DNA from: the human T2T-CHM13v2.0 reference genome, Homo sapiens
DNA: 64,000 bases
Assembly (NCBI RefSeq): GCF_009914755.1
Contig: NC_060936.1
Direction: 5' to 3' (one strand)
The notes under the pieces are model-generated. The model ran no database searches and was not told the DNA's origin. It saw nothing but the letters and a program-made list of their open reading frames with translations. Below, in pieces: positions 18,711 to 37,632 of the stretch. Each line of letters opens with the position of its first letter. The first letter of the stretch is position 1. The translations under genes and the position numbers were made by a program.

Positions 18711-19496
18711 TTCACTCGAGAACTTCCATTTAATTCTTTTTTTTTATAGTTACTAGTTCTCTTTTAAGGCTCCCTATCTGATCACTCATTAAAACATATT
18801 TGTCTTTATTTGAACATGTTTTCCTTTAGTTCTTTGAACATATTCATACTAGTGGCTTTAAAGACTTTATTCAATCTAATATCTGGGCCCAATTAGAATC
18901 ATTTTTTATTAACTGAATATTAATCATACATTTCTTGAATATCAATCACACTTTTCAGTTTCTTTCCACATCTAGTGATTTTGGGTTAAAAACCAGACAG
19001 TGTAGATAACATGTTGTAGTGACTCTGGATACTGTTATGCTCTTGTGATGATAACTGAGCTTTCATTCTAATAGGCAGTTAACTTGACTAGACTCAAACT
19101 AGGCTTTTGTCTCTCCCATAGAGTGAAGCACCTCATCTCTCTGCTTGGTTCTTGCAGCTACCAACAAATGCCTTTTAGTATAGCCCTTTGAAGGTCTCTT
19201 CTGTACCTGTGCAGTTTAAACAAACTACACAACCAAAGATTTGAGCACAATTTATGCTCAGATTTCAGGGCTCACTCTCTGTGCAATTCTCTTGCGTATG
19301 AGATTTCTTTATAAGTTTCCATATGCTCTATCAGCTCCCAACTCTGTCATCTGATAATCCAAGCCACTAAAACTTCAACTTTCTGCCACTATAGCTATGC
19401 ATAGGTCACAGAAGACACTCAGTCAACAAACACAGAAATCTTAACCAGTGTATTTGCTTTTCAAGTGTAGGCCCCTCTCACATTTCTGCCTACTTT

Positions 19497-19538
19497 TTTG
19501 TTGTTTTTGTTGTTGTTGTTGTGGCTGTTGTTGTTGTT
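19497..19538 (+). repeat. (TTG)n microsatellite, imperfect
   Basis: ttgttgtttttgttgttgttgttgtggctgttgttgttgtt. Confidence 0.85.
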
Positions 19539-21146
19539 ACCAGACTCATTTAGGTTATTCCTATGTAAATGCACTTTAGTACTTGGTCACAGATTTCACC
19601 AGATCTTATACTTAGATTTTGGATCTCCCCTTTTCTGTACTTCTAGAATCTCCTCCCTTAATTCTCAGCCACTCTGCCAGCTCTGAACTCTGCTTTGAGC
19701 TAATAAGACTATCAGTTTTCTGCCATATGAGATCCAGGGATAGGGGAATTCCCTCAGGCGAAAACATCACAAACTTTGCAATTCTTACTCATTGTAGTAT
19801 GGTCTTTTAAAGGTAAACCCTACTTTCTACCTGCTTCTGATCACTTTTCATTGCCTTCAAATAGTTTTCCAGATTTTATAATTGTTAATCTCTGGAGGCT
19901 TCATCCAACCATTTCATTCTGCCATTAATTAGAATTAGAAACACTGTTACATATTTTCATGTGCTTGAAATATTTTATAACAAAACATTGTACACAAAAC
20001 ACACACACAAATAGCTGTCTGAATGTACAGAGATGATATATATGTTTGTTTTCTTGATTATGATGGTAGTTTTTACAGGTATATATTATATATCTAAACT
20101 CAGCAAATTGTAGACTTTGAAGTTGCAGTTTATCGTATGTCAGTAAAGCTGCAGAAATGGGGAGGAAAACCTAATTGATTAAAAACCTAGTTGACTATAA
20201 CAGTTTTCGATTATACATAAGTAGTTCTACTCCACAAAGCTATGGCTAGGGACTGATGTTTATAACTTAAGAAAGACACTTTAAAGTGAGGAACTAACAG
20301 GAATATGCAGTTCCATTTGTATCTAGCAATCAGGTGTATAACAAGAACATGGAGAATTATGCCAAATTTAGGAAATAATACTGAGATTGTAATTATATCT
20401 AAATTGTGCCATAGTTATTAATATAATTATCTAGGTTTTAATTTGACTTTATTTTAGAACTTTTAGAATCTGAATTGGAAATCTAACTTAAAGTTACTAG
20501 GGAAAGACATTTTGCCAACTTCTTCATATCCCTCCACTGAAATGTAAGCTCAGCAAAGGCAGAAACATTTTCTGTTTTGTTCGTTACTGATCTCCTGGCA
20601 CACACAGCAGTGCTTGGCATAGAGTAAGGGCTCAAAAATATTTTTGCAATTAATGAATGAGAAAGGTAGAGTGTTGCTAAATAATTCAGATAGTCAATTA
20701 AGTGTTCTCTGAGAAGAGGTTTGAGGCAATAGAAATCAGTTTTGCCTACAGTAGAAAAGGACTAATCAAATCATGCTAGGTGATTTGCTCCTGGGAAATA
20801 GTTTTACAAACTTTTTTTTTTTCAAATACTGTTTTTAGGGCAGTGAACATAATTTTTGACTCCTTTATACCTAACATTAAAAAGCAGAAAATTTTAGACC
20901 TCAAACAATAGAAAAACTCAACAATTTATAGAATCACTGTACTTGATTCATTTTCCAATTATACACTACTATTACATACCTATAATATCTACTATAATTT
21001 CATATATACTATTGAAAAGATTAAAATCCAGGAAAAAAATTATTCAAGTTAATCATCATAACTTTAGAAACAAGTTTTGACTCAAGTAAGATGGCAAGAT
21101 AAAGTTGATTTGGATACATCATTTTTTAATTCCCTTGTAAAAATAG

Positions 21147-21395
<249 letters not shown>

Positions 21396-23057
21396 TGAAA
21401 TATCTTTTTATCTGTGAACGTTTGGTCTTTAGGTTTATAGAATAACAAGCTTTAAAAACAAATGACCTTCCACAGATTGAATGAGTAGACTGTATCTTAT
21501 GATATCTTATGTTTTAAGTTCTTTATCTTTATACTTATCAAAGGTCTTCCTTATAATCTTATACGCTCATTTATCCTGATTCTCCCTCAGATAATCATAA
21601 AAATGAGAAAGGACCCTTGAGTGGAGCAAAAAGATTAAAGTAACCATTGATTGGCCTTCTATAGCTATAATTATTTTTCTCCTAATTTTACAAGTGAAAA
21701 CAAATACTACATAAAAAATGTAAAATGTTTAAAAGCATTATTGTTTTTGCACATAAATGAAAAAAAAACAGCTTTCAAATAGTGACTGCTTTAAGTTAAA
21801 AAGAGACCATACTAATTCACCCTTCTCCCTGGAACCATTGAGTACAGTTAGAAATCTGCTTCAGTAGTCCCAATTACAAACAACAGGCAAATAAATCAAG
21901 GTGGTGACAGGTGGGGCATAAGGAAAAAGAAAGAGGAATTTCATAGGCAGAACTGATAGACTGGACAGTAACTGGATAGAGAGTGAAGAGGGACAAGGTG
22001 ATTGGTAATGTTAATAAACTGATAGGAAATACAGAAAAAAGAGTATAGCTGGAAATAAGAGAAACTAATGAGTTTAGTTTAGAATGTATTGAGTGGTATC
22101 CAAAAGGCAACTGAAAATTCAGCTCTCAAAGTCAGGAAAGAGTCTGGAGGTACAGATCTGAGAACAGCAATGTGCAAGCAGTGCTGGACTACACGAAATT
22201 ACTGAGGAAGAACATGTTGAACAAGGTACTAAAATTTCAAGAAAACCTCAAATTTAGAGGATGAGCAAAGAAAAACAAAAGACATAGACTAACAAGCAGC
22301 GGTGAAAGACGTGGGAGAATGAGAAGACAGTGGGGTCTCAAAGCCAAGGGCTATAAAGTTTTCAACTAGAAAATAATCAGTGAAGAGTCCAGAGAAGATG
22401 AGGCTTTCAGATTTTGCCATCAAGAAGTCATTAACTTAGAGTTTCTTAACAGCCCGTAGAGTATCAGAACTGAAATAAACCCAAAACTTCTCTAGCATTC
22501 TGTAAGAACTATAGTTTTCTACCCAGCAAACTTGAGATCTAGTTCTCTAAGCAATAAAAATGCCGTAAACTAGAAGAATATACCATGTTATCATAACTTG
22601 GCACTACAAGTTGCTACTTTCCCATCTACTAATTTGCTTGCTTTTACTCCTCTCAGATCCAGAAAGAATTTTTAGTGATGGCTCCTAGTGTTTAATTTCA
22701 GTTAATCCATCAATCAATTCTGTTGATTCTCTCTGAAAATTAATTCTGGACTCCAACCACCTCTCACTGCATTCCCTGTTACCATCTTGAATATTATCTC
22801 TAAGCTATTATTGCAACAGACTCCCTGCTTCAATCCTTAGCCCCCTATACCCATATCTCAATGCAGTAGTCAAAATAATCTGTTAAAAAATATCTATCAG
22901 ATCACATTAACTCCTCTGTTTAAAACCTTCCATTGGTTTCTTATCTCACAAACTAGGCAAATCCGTACATAATCTGGCCTCTGGCTCATCCCCTAAAATT
23001 GTCCCCCCTCACTCACTCGGTCCCAGCCCTATTGGCCTCCATGCTCTTTATCTAACA

Positions 23058-23235
23058 CAGTGGTTTTCAAACTTCAATGTGTATCAGAATCATCTGGAGA
23101 GTGTGTTAAAATTTAGATTGCTGAGCCACACCACTGGAGTTTCTAATTTAGTAGTTTTGGAGTGGGGCTGAGAATTTGTATTTCTAACAAGTTGCTGATG
23201 CTGCTGATCAGAAGAGCACACTTTGAGAACTACTG
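23058..23235. mobile_element. MER5A hAT-Charlie MITE inserted in an L2 remnant
   Basis: TIRs CAGTGGTTTTCAAA / TTTGAGAACTACTG; 8-bp TSD atctaaca/atttaaca. Confidence 0.88.
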
Positions 23236-24144
23236 ATTTAACATACCAACAACAGTCCTGCCTCTGGCCCTTTGCATTGCCTAGGGCATTCCTATCACAA
23301 ATGGCCTCAACACTTCTTATTTACGTTTTCTTATTTCCTTATAATGTTTTCTTATTTCCTTGACTGAACTATCTTCTTATCAGTAGCACAGCTCTCAACC
23401 AATGGAAGCTGGCAGCTCTACCCCTACCTCTCTAAAGAAATACTAAGTTAGATCACCCTGCAGCAGAGTAGAGACCACAGATGGCAAGCTTCTCCCCTGT
23501 GCTGGGCTTGTAATCAGCTCCTGAGACTCCTTCTCTTAAATATGGACACATACATATAACCAGACATTTGAGAAAAATACCTAGTGTAAAATATAGACAC
23601 CACAACAAATTAACGAAGGTTAAAAAAAGATTAAATTCACCTTCATTCAGGTTTAACGGTAGTATGTGATCAAATTAAACAGCAAATATCATTTGCAGCA
23701 TTTTGTTTTTTAACCAGATTCCCTACAGCATGGCCTATTTCAAAACAGACTGGTGTTTTAAATCTATTATTATTCTGGATAATGCTCAAGAACAATACTT
23801 TTGAAATATTTTCTTTGAGATAAGCTAGCCAAAACTTCACTTTTCCTGCCAAAGTTATCAAGTTGCTTAAATTCTTGTATGCTTAACTATGTTTATCAGA
23901 GCAAAGTTCAATTTCCAACAAATGAAACTAAAGGCACCTTTTAACTCCCATTCAAATAACTTTCTTCTTCAAATGTTGCCACTTTTGTTTCTCAAGGCCT
24001 CTTCATTCTCTTCTCCCGCCAAAAAGCCTCTCGGATTGAGTTCTATCTACCTAGGTAATTCACCAGTTCTTATAACATAATACAAGTAGGAAAAGATGAA
24101 ACACATGCATATAATTTCACTAATTCTCAAAATCTCAGTAAGAC

Positions 24145-25695
24145 TGTGTCTGGAATTGGTGGGTTCTTGGTCTCACTGACTTCAAGAATGAAGCCGCGGA
24201 CCCTCGCAGTGAGTGTTACAGCTCTTAAAGTGGCGCGTCTGGAGTCTGTCCCTTCTGATGTTCAGATGTGTTCGGAGTTTCTTCCTTCTGGTGGGTTCGT
24301 GGTCTCGCTGGCTCAGGAGTGAAGCTGCAGACCTTCGCGATGAGTGTTAACAGCTCTTAAGGCATCGCGTCTGGAGTTGTTCGTTCCTCCTGGTGGGCTC
24401 GTGGTCTCGCTGGGCTCAGGAGTGAAGCTGCAGATCTTCGCGGTGAGTGTTACAGCTCATAAAAGCAGCGTGGACCCAAAGAGTGAGCAGTAGCAAGATT
24501 TATTGCAAAGAACAAAAGACCAAAGCTTCCACACTGTGGAAGGGGACCCAAGCGGGTTACCAATGCTGGCTCGGGTAGCCTGCTTTTATTCTCTTATCTG
24601 GCCCCACCCACAACCTGCTGATTGGTAGAGCCGAGTGGCCTGTTTTGTCAGGGCACTGATTGGTGCGTTTACAATCCCTGAGCTAGATACAAAGGTTCTC
24701 CACGTCCCCATCAGATTAGTTAGATACAGAGTTTCCACACACAGGTTCTCCAAGGCCCCACCAGAGCAGCTAGATACAGAGTGTCGATTGGTGCACTCAC
24801 AAACCTTGAGCTAAACACAGGGTGCTGATTGGTGTGTTTACAAACCTTGAGCTAGATACAGAATGCCAATTGGTGTATTTACAATCCTTGAGCTAGACAT
24901 AAAGGTTCTCCACGTCCTCACCAGAGCAGCTAGATACGGAGTGTCGATTGGTGCACTCCCAAACCTTGAGCTAAACACAGGGTGCTGATTGGTGTATTTA
25001 CAATCCCTGAGCTAGATATAAAGACTCTCCACGTCCCCACCAGACTCAGGAGCCCAGCTGGCTTCACCTAGTGGATCCCGCACCGGGGCTGCAGGTGGAG
25101 CTGCCTGCCAGTCCTGCACCCTGTGCTCGCATTCCTCAGCCCTTGGATGGTCGATGGGACTGGGCGCCGTGGAGCAGGGGGTGGCGCTCATCGGGGAGGC
25201 TCGGGCCGCACAGGAGCCCATGGAGTGGGTGGGAGGCTCAGGCATGGCAGGCTGCAGGTCCTGAGCCCTGCCCCGTGGGAAGGCAGCTAAGGCCCGGCGA
25301 GAAATCGAGCGCAGCGCCGGTGGGCCAGCATTGCTGGGGGACTCAGTACACCCTCCGCAGCCACTGGCCCGGGTGCTAAGTCCCCCATTGCCCGGGGACA
25401 GCAGGGCTGGCTGGCTGCTCCGAGTGCGGGGCCCACCAAGCCCACGCCCACCCGGAACTCCAGCTGGCCCGCAAGCGCCGCACACAGCCCCGGTTCCCGC
25501 TCGTGCCTCTCCCTCCACATCTCCCTGCAAGCTGAGGGAGTGGGCTCCGGCCTTGGCCAGCCCAGAAAGGGGCTCCCACAGTGCAGTGGGGGGACTGAAG
25601 GGCTCCTCTAATGCCACCAAAGTGGGAGCCCAGGCAGGGGAGGTGCCGAGAGCAAGCGAGGGCTCTGAGGACTGCCAGCACGCTGTCACCTCTCA
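24145..25695 (-). mobile_element. Solo LTR12C (HERV9 LTR), 1551 bp
   Basis: Minus strand starts TGAGAGGTGACAGCGTGCTGGC and ends CCAATTCCAGACACA. 4-bp TSD AGAC (24141-24144, 25696-25699). Tandem CCAAT/GATA enhancer repeats at ~24616-25030 and U5 tandem repeats at ~24180-24470. Confidence 0.96.
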
Positions 25696-26321
25696 AGACT
25701 ACATAAAAGTTTTTTTGTTTTTTCTTCTTAAAGATAAAAGCTAGAGATATACTTGACACACATTGCAGCTGTATGCCAAATGGTCAAGTGTTGAAATCAA
25801 CATTCAGCTGACACCAAATGTCACCATTATATAAGGAAATACTGGGATACAGGAACCAATATAAATCTTAGACTATATGCTCCAGATACCTGAGACCAAG
25901 GTATCTCAAGTTAGTGTTCCTGAAGGCAGACCATGCCACCATTAGGTGCCAATGAACCCCAGGAACGCCAAGGGGTGGGTGTTTGTTGGAGGTGTAGATG
26001 GAGCTTGGACATGGGGCCTGGTGTATGTGTGAGGTCTTTCAAAATGCAGTACCTATTACCAAAGGTGGGAAGGGAATTGGGGCAGGCCTCAGACCAGGGG
26101 GTGGCTCAGTGGCTCTCTCTACAACACCATGTTCCAAAACAGAACCCAAGAAGTCCAAAAATTCTAAATCTGATCTTGGACTTCCAGGTATTCCTAAGGA
26201 TATATTTGTCAAGGTACACAGAAAGAGAAAATATTTAAGTGTGTAAGTTTGTTGTATAATTTTAAACTATGTAGACATATGTTATATAGGTCTCCATTTG
26301 TATTGCTACCCCAAGCCTAGC

Positions 26322-26395
26322 TGTTAAATGCTTAAAAAGCATTTAAAATGCTTTTAACGACGAACGCATTTAACATGCTTAAAAAGCATGTTAAA
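26322..26395. repeat. Cluster of interlocking inverted repeats
   Basis: Four perfect 10-12 bp stems built from AAATGCTT/AAGCATTT-like units (detailed in findings). Confidence 0.85.
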
Positions 26396-27585
26396 AGCCC
26401 AGCTGTCTAGAATGCTTATAAATATTTGACATTGTTACATTTATTAAATACAATAGTAACCTGGATTGATTTTTCCTCAGATTCCGATATGGCTGACTCA
26501 CCTTTACTACTCAGGTTCCAGCTTACATATACCTCCTCAGAGAAGTCTTTCCTGACCACGTTGTGTAAAATAGCCCTCAGGAATCATCCATCATCACATT
26601 ATCCTGTTTGATTTTCTTTACTTCCCTTACCGATATCCAAATTTATGCAAATTCCATCACAGCAGAGACCTTGCCTGCCTTGTTATTCATGTATAGACTA
26701 ATGGATTCTTATTTTTTTCCATGGGTTATATATAATCTGTAACTGTCATTATCTATTGTATGGCTCCAATTTTCCAAGATCTGGCCAGTATGTCACTCGT
26801 TATCCTTTTGTCATGTCCCCATCTTTTTTTTTTTTTTTCATTTTTAGCACTTCTTTACTTTCTGGCACCACAAGATATTCGAGATTCATTGTATACTTTT
26901 CTGCTTCAGCCCAAGGAGCTCCTATTATTTTTTCAGTCCTTTTAATGTTCAATAATTACAATGGCTACATACTATAGACTAAAGTGAATTTACTAAAGTA
27001 ATTCTACTCCATGAGTTTGGCTCTACCTAAGTGGCTGACTGATACCCCCAAACATCATCTATAGTTTACCAACTAACTACATGGAAAAGCATTATATCTG
27101 TAAATAATAATGTTTGAAATAACATTTAAATATTTTAAATATTAAGTACCAAAAGTATTGGTGCTAAGACCAAGACCTTAGCAGATCATTCTTACAAAGT
27201 ACATGGGGAAGCTATTAGGTTTTTGTTACTGCTGTTATTTATTGGTTTTATAAATTCTGACAGAGTTACCCTGTGCAGGTAAAAGGAACATTCTGGAATG
27301 TGACTTATTCCACTATATGTAGAGCTGTGTGCCCTCAGGAAAGTTACTCAACTGCTCTAAGCCTCAATTCCTACTCTGCAAAGCAGGATAATAGTGCTTA
27401 TTCCATAGGGTTGGTATAAGATATCACTGGAAAGCAGTTAGCAAAGGACCTGGCATATAATAAGAGCTCACTAATACCAGATATTTCATTATTGTCCTCT
27501 GCAGATATAGCTATATGACCTTTTATATACTATATAAGGAAGGAACTTACAAAGCTCTGTAGGGTACATGAGCCATTTTCCCTTA

Positions 27586-27922
<337 letters not shown>

Positions 27923-29270
27923 TTATTTTATGCATTTTCTTTCCAAGCATCTGCTTTACTCAAGAAACTTTAGGAAACTGGCAGTTGCCTGGGTGGAAAA
28001 GGGGGAGAGGAGAAGTGGGACAGAGGGTGGAGAGTCCTCCCATCAACAGCACAGTTGTTCAGTTCCCATTTCTTGATTACCTTTAGATACATAAATTTTT
28101 TCCTAATTGATACATGGATCAACTCTATCTTGCTTTATCTTCTTTAAAGGAAAAAAACTTTATATACTAAAGGAATTTCAGTTAGTAATATCATCTGGTG
28201 ACTTAGTTAAGTTTTGGCTAGCATTTCACAGGCAGATAGCTCATTGAAGTGAACCTCACTAGCTACGTGGTTTTAACCATAACTTGGTTCCACAATGGCA
28301 AACCCCAAAATCATATTATAATAAGATAACAATGTCCTTTTGAGCTTCTGAAAATAACTCAGAACTCTGCTACTGGCAGTATTTTTTAAAATGTTTATGC
28401 TTTTCGAATGACAATTTTGCAATATGTAGCTAAAGACTTAAAAGTACAGATTTCTTTTTTCTGAATAGTAATTACAATCCTAGAACAGGCCCTAAAAAAA
28501 TAAGAATGGAAAAATGTATGTACAAGAATATTCATCACAACATTGTTCATAATAGAAGAATGTTAGAAGGAGTTTAAACATCCAATAATAGATGATGAAG
28601 TAAACTGTAGTAGAGCTATACAACAGAAAAGTACATATTCAATAACGACACAGATCTACATTTACTGATATGGAAAGATGATCATGATGTATTTTTAAAT
28701 GGAGATCACAGATTATAAATGAGAATATATAGAATTCTAGTTCTTTTTTAGAATACACAGTATGCATTTACATTATGATATACCTAACTATATATAAGCA
28801 TAGATATGCAGGTATAGAAGGATCTGTACCAAAATATTAGTAGAGGTTATATCTAAGTGGATAATTAGGGGTAGCTTTAGATTTTCTTTTTTATATTGTT
28901 CCCTTTTCTGTAGTTTTTATAATAAGAATGTATTACTTCTACAATTACAGAAAGTTTAAATACCAATCAACCAACCATCGAACCACAAAGAATCTCAATA
29001 TCTGATTTACCCCATGCCTTAAGCATTGATGATAAATGCCAGAATGTCCTGGCATCAAAGGAGGCAAGTAACTACTTCCTGGGATAAAAGAGGGCCTATA
29101 ATTATCAGATGAGACAATATTTCAGAATATGATATCAGGCATAACTACTTAGCACAGCCCTGAAGTGCAGAAGCATATCAGAGAAAGAAATATTTTCCTG
29201 ATACAAGTTCCCCTTAACAGAGAGAAACAGGATAGGTAATACACATAATTTGAGGTAGGAAAAAACTTAC

Positions 29271-29378
29271 TGCAGTGGATAATCTGGATGCCAATGTCAT
29301 TTCCAAGTTCCCTTTGAGACCAAGAAGTGCAGGGACTAAAATGAAAACTTCTGTAACTTTTCTGAACACCTCCCAGTG
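29271..29378 (-). CDS. SLC41A2: SLC41A2 exon 3 (108 nt)
   Basis: [36 protein letters not shown], containing the MgtE-family PX6GN motif. ttacAG acceptor, GTAAGT donor, phase 0-0. Confidence 0.97.
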
Positions 29379-30109
29379 CTGTAAGAAAAAAAATAAAATA
29401 AAATTTTCTGGCACTCTTTAAAAAATACTTTAGAACAAAGACATTTCTAAAAATCTCAGCCTTTTTCCCAACTTGGCATCTACATTTTGAATAACCACAC
29501 AGTTCATGTAATCAGCGAGCACTTAGCTTAACTCCATTCTCCTGAGCTCTGAAGCTCTGAGTCACTTTAAAAGATGCTGTTAGAGTTGGGGGTCAGCTGA
29601 TATGTTGCTACAACCCATTCTACATCTACTTGTTACACAACCCTTATATTCCTAAAGGTTTTACTTTATCCCTTTATGATGACAATCGTTAGACTGGCTA
29701 GTGGTTAAGAGCACAGATTCTGGAATCAGACAATTGATTTGAATCTTGCTTCCAATACTAATTAAAACAAACCCACTGGAAAATTAGTGCTATTACTACC
29801 TAATTTCACAAATGAAGGAATAAAGACTCAGAGAGATTAAATTATTTCCCCAAGATCAAAAGATGGGACCTAGAGTTGACCCCAGGAGTTCTAAGTAATC
29901 CCATGTTTTAATCCCCATTTTAAGGTGTGAGGCAGAGAGGTTCATAAAAACAGCACTAAACTGGAAATAAGGTTTGTGCTTCTAGCCATGGATCTGTCAT
30001 AACTTGGCTTCATGATCCTGGATGAGTCATGTATCTTTCTGATCTCAATTTCTTCATCCATTAAATGAAAATAATATCCACCCTATCTAGTCTTTGGAGA
30101 AATACCATG

Positions 30110-30998
30110 TATAAATGAAAAATAAACTTCTAATGTCCCCAACCAATGGAATAGACCCCCTTCTCAGCCAAGGGCATTCCAAAGTAAACCTAAAATCTAG
30201 CTTAGGCCATAATGGGAAGGGGGCGGGTCAGACATGCCTCATTATACCCTCTTCCCTTTAAAATTCAGGCATAACTGACCAACATTAACATTAAAACAGA
30301 GATCTTAAGACTGACAAAATAGACTCTTTGTAGCAATGAGATACCAAATTCCAAACAGTCTTTAGTATAGCATCACATGACAGCAGACCCTGAATGAAAC
30401 TGAAGTATTTTACCCCAAAATATATTTCTTTGACATATTTTTAATGGCCCTGCAAAGCTGTCTCTTGTGGAGAAAATCTACATTCTGTAGCAAAACTTTT
30501 TCCCTTTCCAGGTCTTTTCCTGATCCAGGAGAGATTAACTAAGAGTCTGGCAACTTTTTAAGTCTGATAAGAAACATTTACCATCTATTCTCTCTGAAGC
30601 CTGCTACCTGGAGGCTTCATCTGCATAGTAAGAACCTTGGTCTCCACACCCCTTATCTTAACCCACATATTCCTTTCTATTGATTCCAGGTCTTCAAATA
30701 ATTTAATTCTTTAAACCAATTGCCAATCAGAAAATCTTTGAATCCACCTATGACTTGGAAGCCCCCACTTTTAAGTTGTCCCACATTTCTGAACCAAACC
30801 AATGTATAACTTACATGTATTGATCGATGTCTGCCTGTAACTTCTGTCCCCCAAAAAATGTACAAAATCAAGCTATAACCCAACCATATTGGGCACATGT
30901 TCTCCATACCTCCTGAGGCTGTATCACAGGTCATGATCCGTAACTTTGGCAAAATAAACTTCTAAATTGAGGCCTGTCTTGGATGATTTTGGTTTACA
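30110..30998 (+). mobile_element. MER4-group solo LTR (ERV1, MER4D-like)
   Basis: gacatgcctcattataccctc and acattaacattaaaacagagatcttaagactgac motifs; ends ttggtttaca; 4-bp TSD CATG. Confidence 0.85.
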
Positions 30999-31775
30999 CA
31001 TGATAATGAAAATAACAGATATTAAAATAACAGATATTAAAGATATATATAAAGATATTAAAGATACAAATATCTTAATAACACAAAGTGACATTTTACA
31101 AGTGCTATTAAGAGGTGATTATCCCAGTAAGATATTTTATGAGCTAGGCATATTAACTTTATATCAAAAAGTATCAAAAATATACATGTCATGAATACCA
31201 AGACAGATGAGAAAAGTAAAACTTATATCTATCAGATAAATGAAGGAAAATTTTGATTTGTTCCCAAACTTTCCCTAGGCTGTTCCAAACAGATGTAGAA
31301 CTGGGGGGCCTAAAGAGACCTCAGAAAATATTTATCAGATCAGTCTTCTGTAAAATCCTGGTTCAAAGAGTTCACAAGGGAAATCCCTCTAATTGGGTTC
31401 AAGCCAATTAAGGATGGGCCTAAGAAAGCACTGGGTGGGGGGGGTTCAATGGCACCCCAGATTATTAGTCTTAAAAACTAACCAGCAAACGATTTTGTCC
31501 ATGTTTTATGATGGGCTAACAATTCTGATGTGCTAATGAAATATGTATCTTTCAAAGACATTGGTAGCAATGATGATAATGATGAATAACAGATAATAAT
31601 AATAACAAATATTAATAATATCTAACATTCACTGATCGTTATGTTCCAGGCACTGTTCTTTAGACTCACTCACTTAATCTTCACAACAAACCTAAGAGAT
31701 AGGTATGATTTTTATCAGATCCCGGATATACTTCAGAATACCTTTTACCTAGGTCATCATTTTATGACACTTGCT

Positions 31776-32585
31776 GTGATACTGCGAAGCATATATTTGG
31801 TCTTCAACCCTGTTTCCTGGCATACATCTAAAATCGTTAGAATTTAGTGATACACAAAGTGATGTCTTTGTGTATGCTGATTGATGACAGCTGGCAGCCC
31901 CAGGTAGCTTCAGGATAGGGGCTGGTCACCAGAAAGACCAAGGCATTATTAGAGGACTGGGACTTTCAAACCACCCCCACCCACACAAACACCTTTGGGG
32001 AGGATGGAGGGACTGAAGGTTAAGTTGATCACCGATGACCAGGGGTTTAATAATCATGCCTACATAATGAAGCTTCATAAAAGTCCAAAAGGACTTGGTT
32101 TGGAGAGTTTCCACACAGCTGAACATTTGGAAGTTCCTGGATGAGGGAGCACACAGGGAGGGCATGAAAGCTCCGTGTCTCTGCCCCCATACCTCGCCCT
32201 ACATATTTCTTCATCTGTATTCTTTGTAATAACCTTAATGAGAAACAGGTAGAGTTAAGTGTTTGCCTGAGTTCTGTGAGCAGCTTCAGCAGACCAATCA
32301 AGCCCGAAGAGGAGATCACCGGAACCCCAGCTTAAAGCCAGTTGGTCAGAAATTCTGGAGGCCAGGACTTGCATCTGGTATCTCAAGCGGAGGACAGTCT
32401 TTTGGACTGAGCCCTCAACCTGTGGGATCTGATGCTACCTCTGGATAATGTCAGAATTGAATTGGAGAACACTAATTCTGCATCAGCCAGTGTCTGCTGC
32501 AGAACTGACTGCTTGCTTGGTGTGTAGGGTAAAACCCCCACACATTTGGTCACAGAAGTCTTCTGTGTTGGTTGTTGCAACATGA
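31776..32585 (+). mobile_element. MER21-like LTR
   Basis: tgtgata...atatatttggtcttc, gcttcaggataggggctggtcaccagaaagaccaaggca and cacatttggtcacagaagtc motifs. Confidence 0.78.
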
Positions 32586-32802
32586 AAGCATCACATGCCA
32601 TCATGCTTTAGACCTGTTGGAATGCACGCCTATAGGTTACTCCCTTTGGTTATTCTTTCCACATTCAACTCAAATGAAATACTTATGGGAGAATTACTAT
32701 GAAATACTTAACACCTCAGCATTGGTGTGACAACAATAAGAGCTATGAATTATTGATCTCCTATCTTGTGCCAAAAAATTCTACATTATTTTTTCCATAC
32801 TA

Positions 32803-34263
<1,461 letters not shown>

Positions 34264-34969
34264 AGAAGAGTATGAAGTAGTATGCACAGGGGTCAACAGC
34301 AAGGGCTCTAGAGTCAGATCACCTTCACTGAAATTCTGACTCTACTACTTACTGTGTGATTTGGGCAAAATTATGCTTTACTTTCTGCATCTAAAATATG
34401 GACATACTTGTACCACCTCAGAAGATTCTGCTCAGGACTGTGCCTGCACATAGTAATTAACTGAGTGTTTATTAGCTGTAAGACCAGGATGCATTATCAG
34501 TTAATTTTCCTGTCAAGAGGACATAATGCAGAAAATGTCCAGAGAGGGAATGCTGAAGCAGCTAGTGCCAAAAATAATGTTCACTTACTTACAAATTTTA
34601 CCATGATCCAGTATGTGCTCTGGAGCTATGAACCTGCCGTAAAGTATGACTTCTTGTCATACCTAACTTTGCACATGCATCACTGCAGAAACTGAGGTAT
34701 ACATCTACAAGTCAAACATAATGTCAGATTACTTACATAAATAATAGACTCAAAACCTAAAAATCTGTTTAAATCCACAAGAATAAACAAAAATGAAAAT
34801 TCAAAATAATAAGTTGAAGAACACATCTATAGACTCCTAACTTTAAAATGACAGAGAACATTTTTTAATTGGTAAAAGAAGGTTATGCAGTTAAAAAAAC
34901 ACATACTCCAAATCCTTATATATGGAAAAAATTTTTATTGTCATTTAAACTTAGTTTGAAAATAAACCT

Positions 34970-37632
<2,663 letters not shown>

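Noticed and set aside
24180-25030. Repeat-spacer-like arrays resembling CRISPR
   Set aside because: These are the normal tandem U3 and U5 repeats of LTR12, with no unique spacers, in eukaryotic DNA.
25012-25759. Long GC-rich ORFs and an apparent CpG island
   Set aside because: They lie within LTR12C U3, where low stop density follows from GC content. This is not the gene's own promoter.
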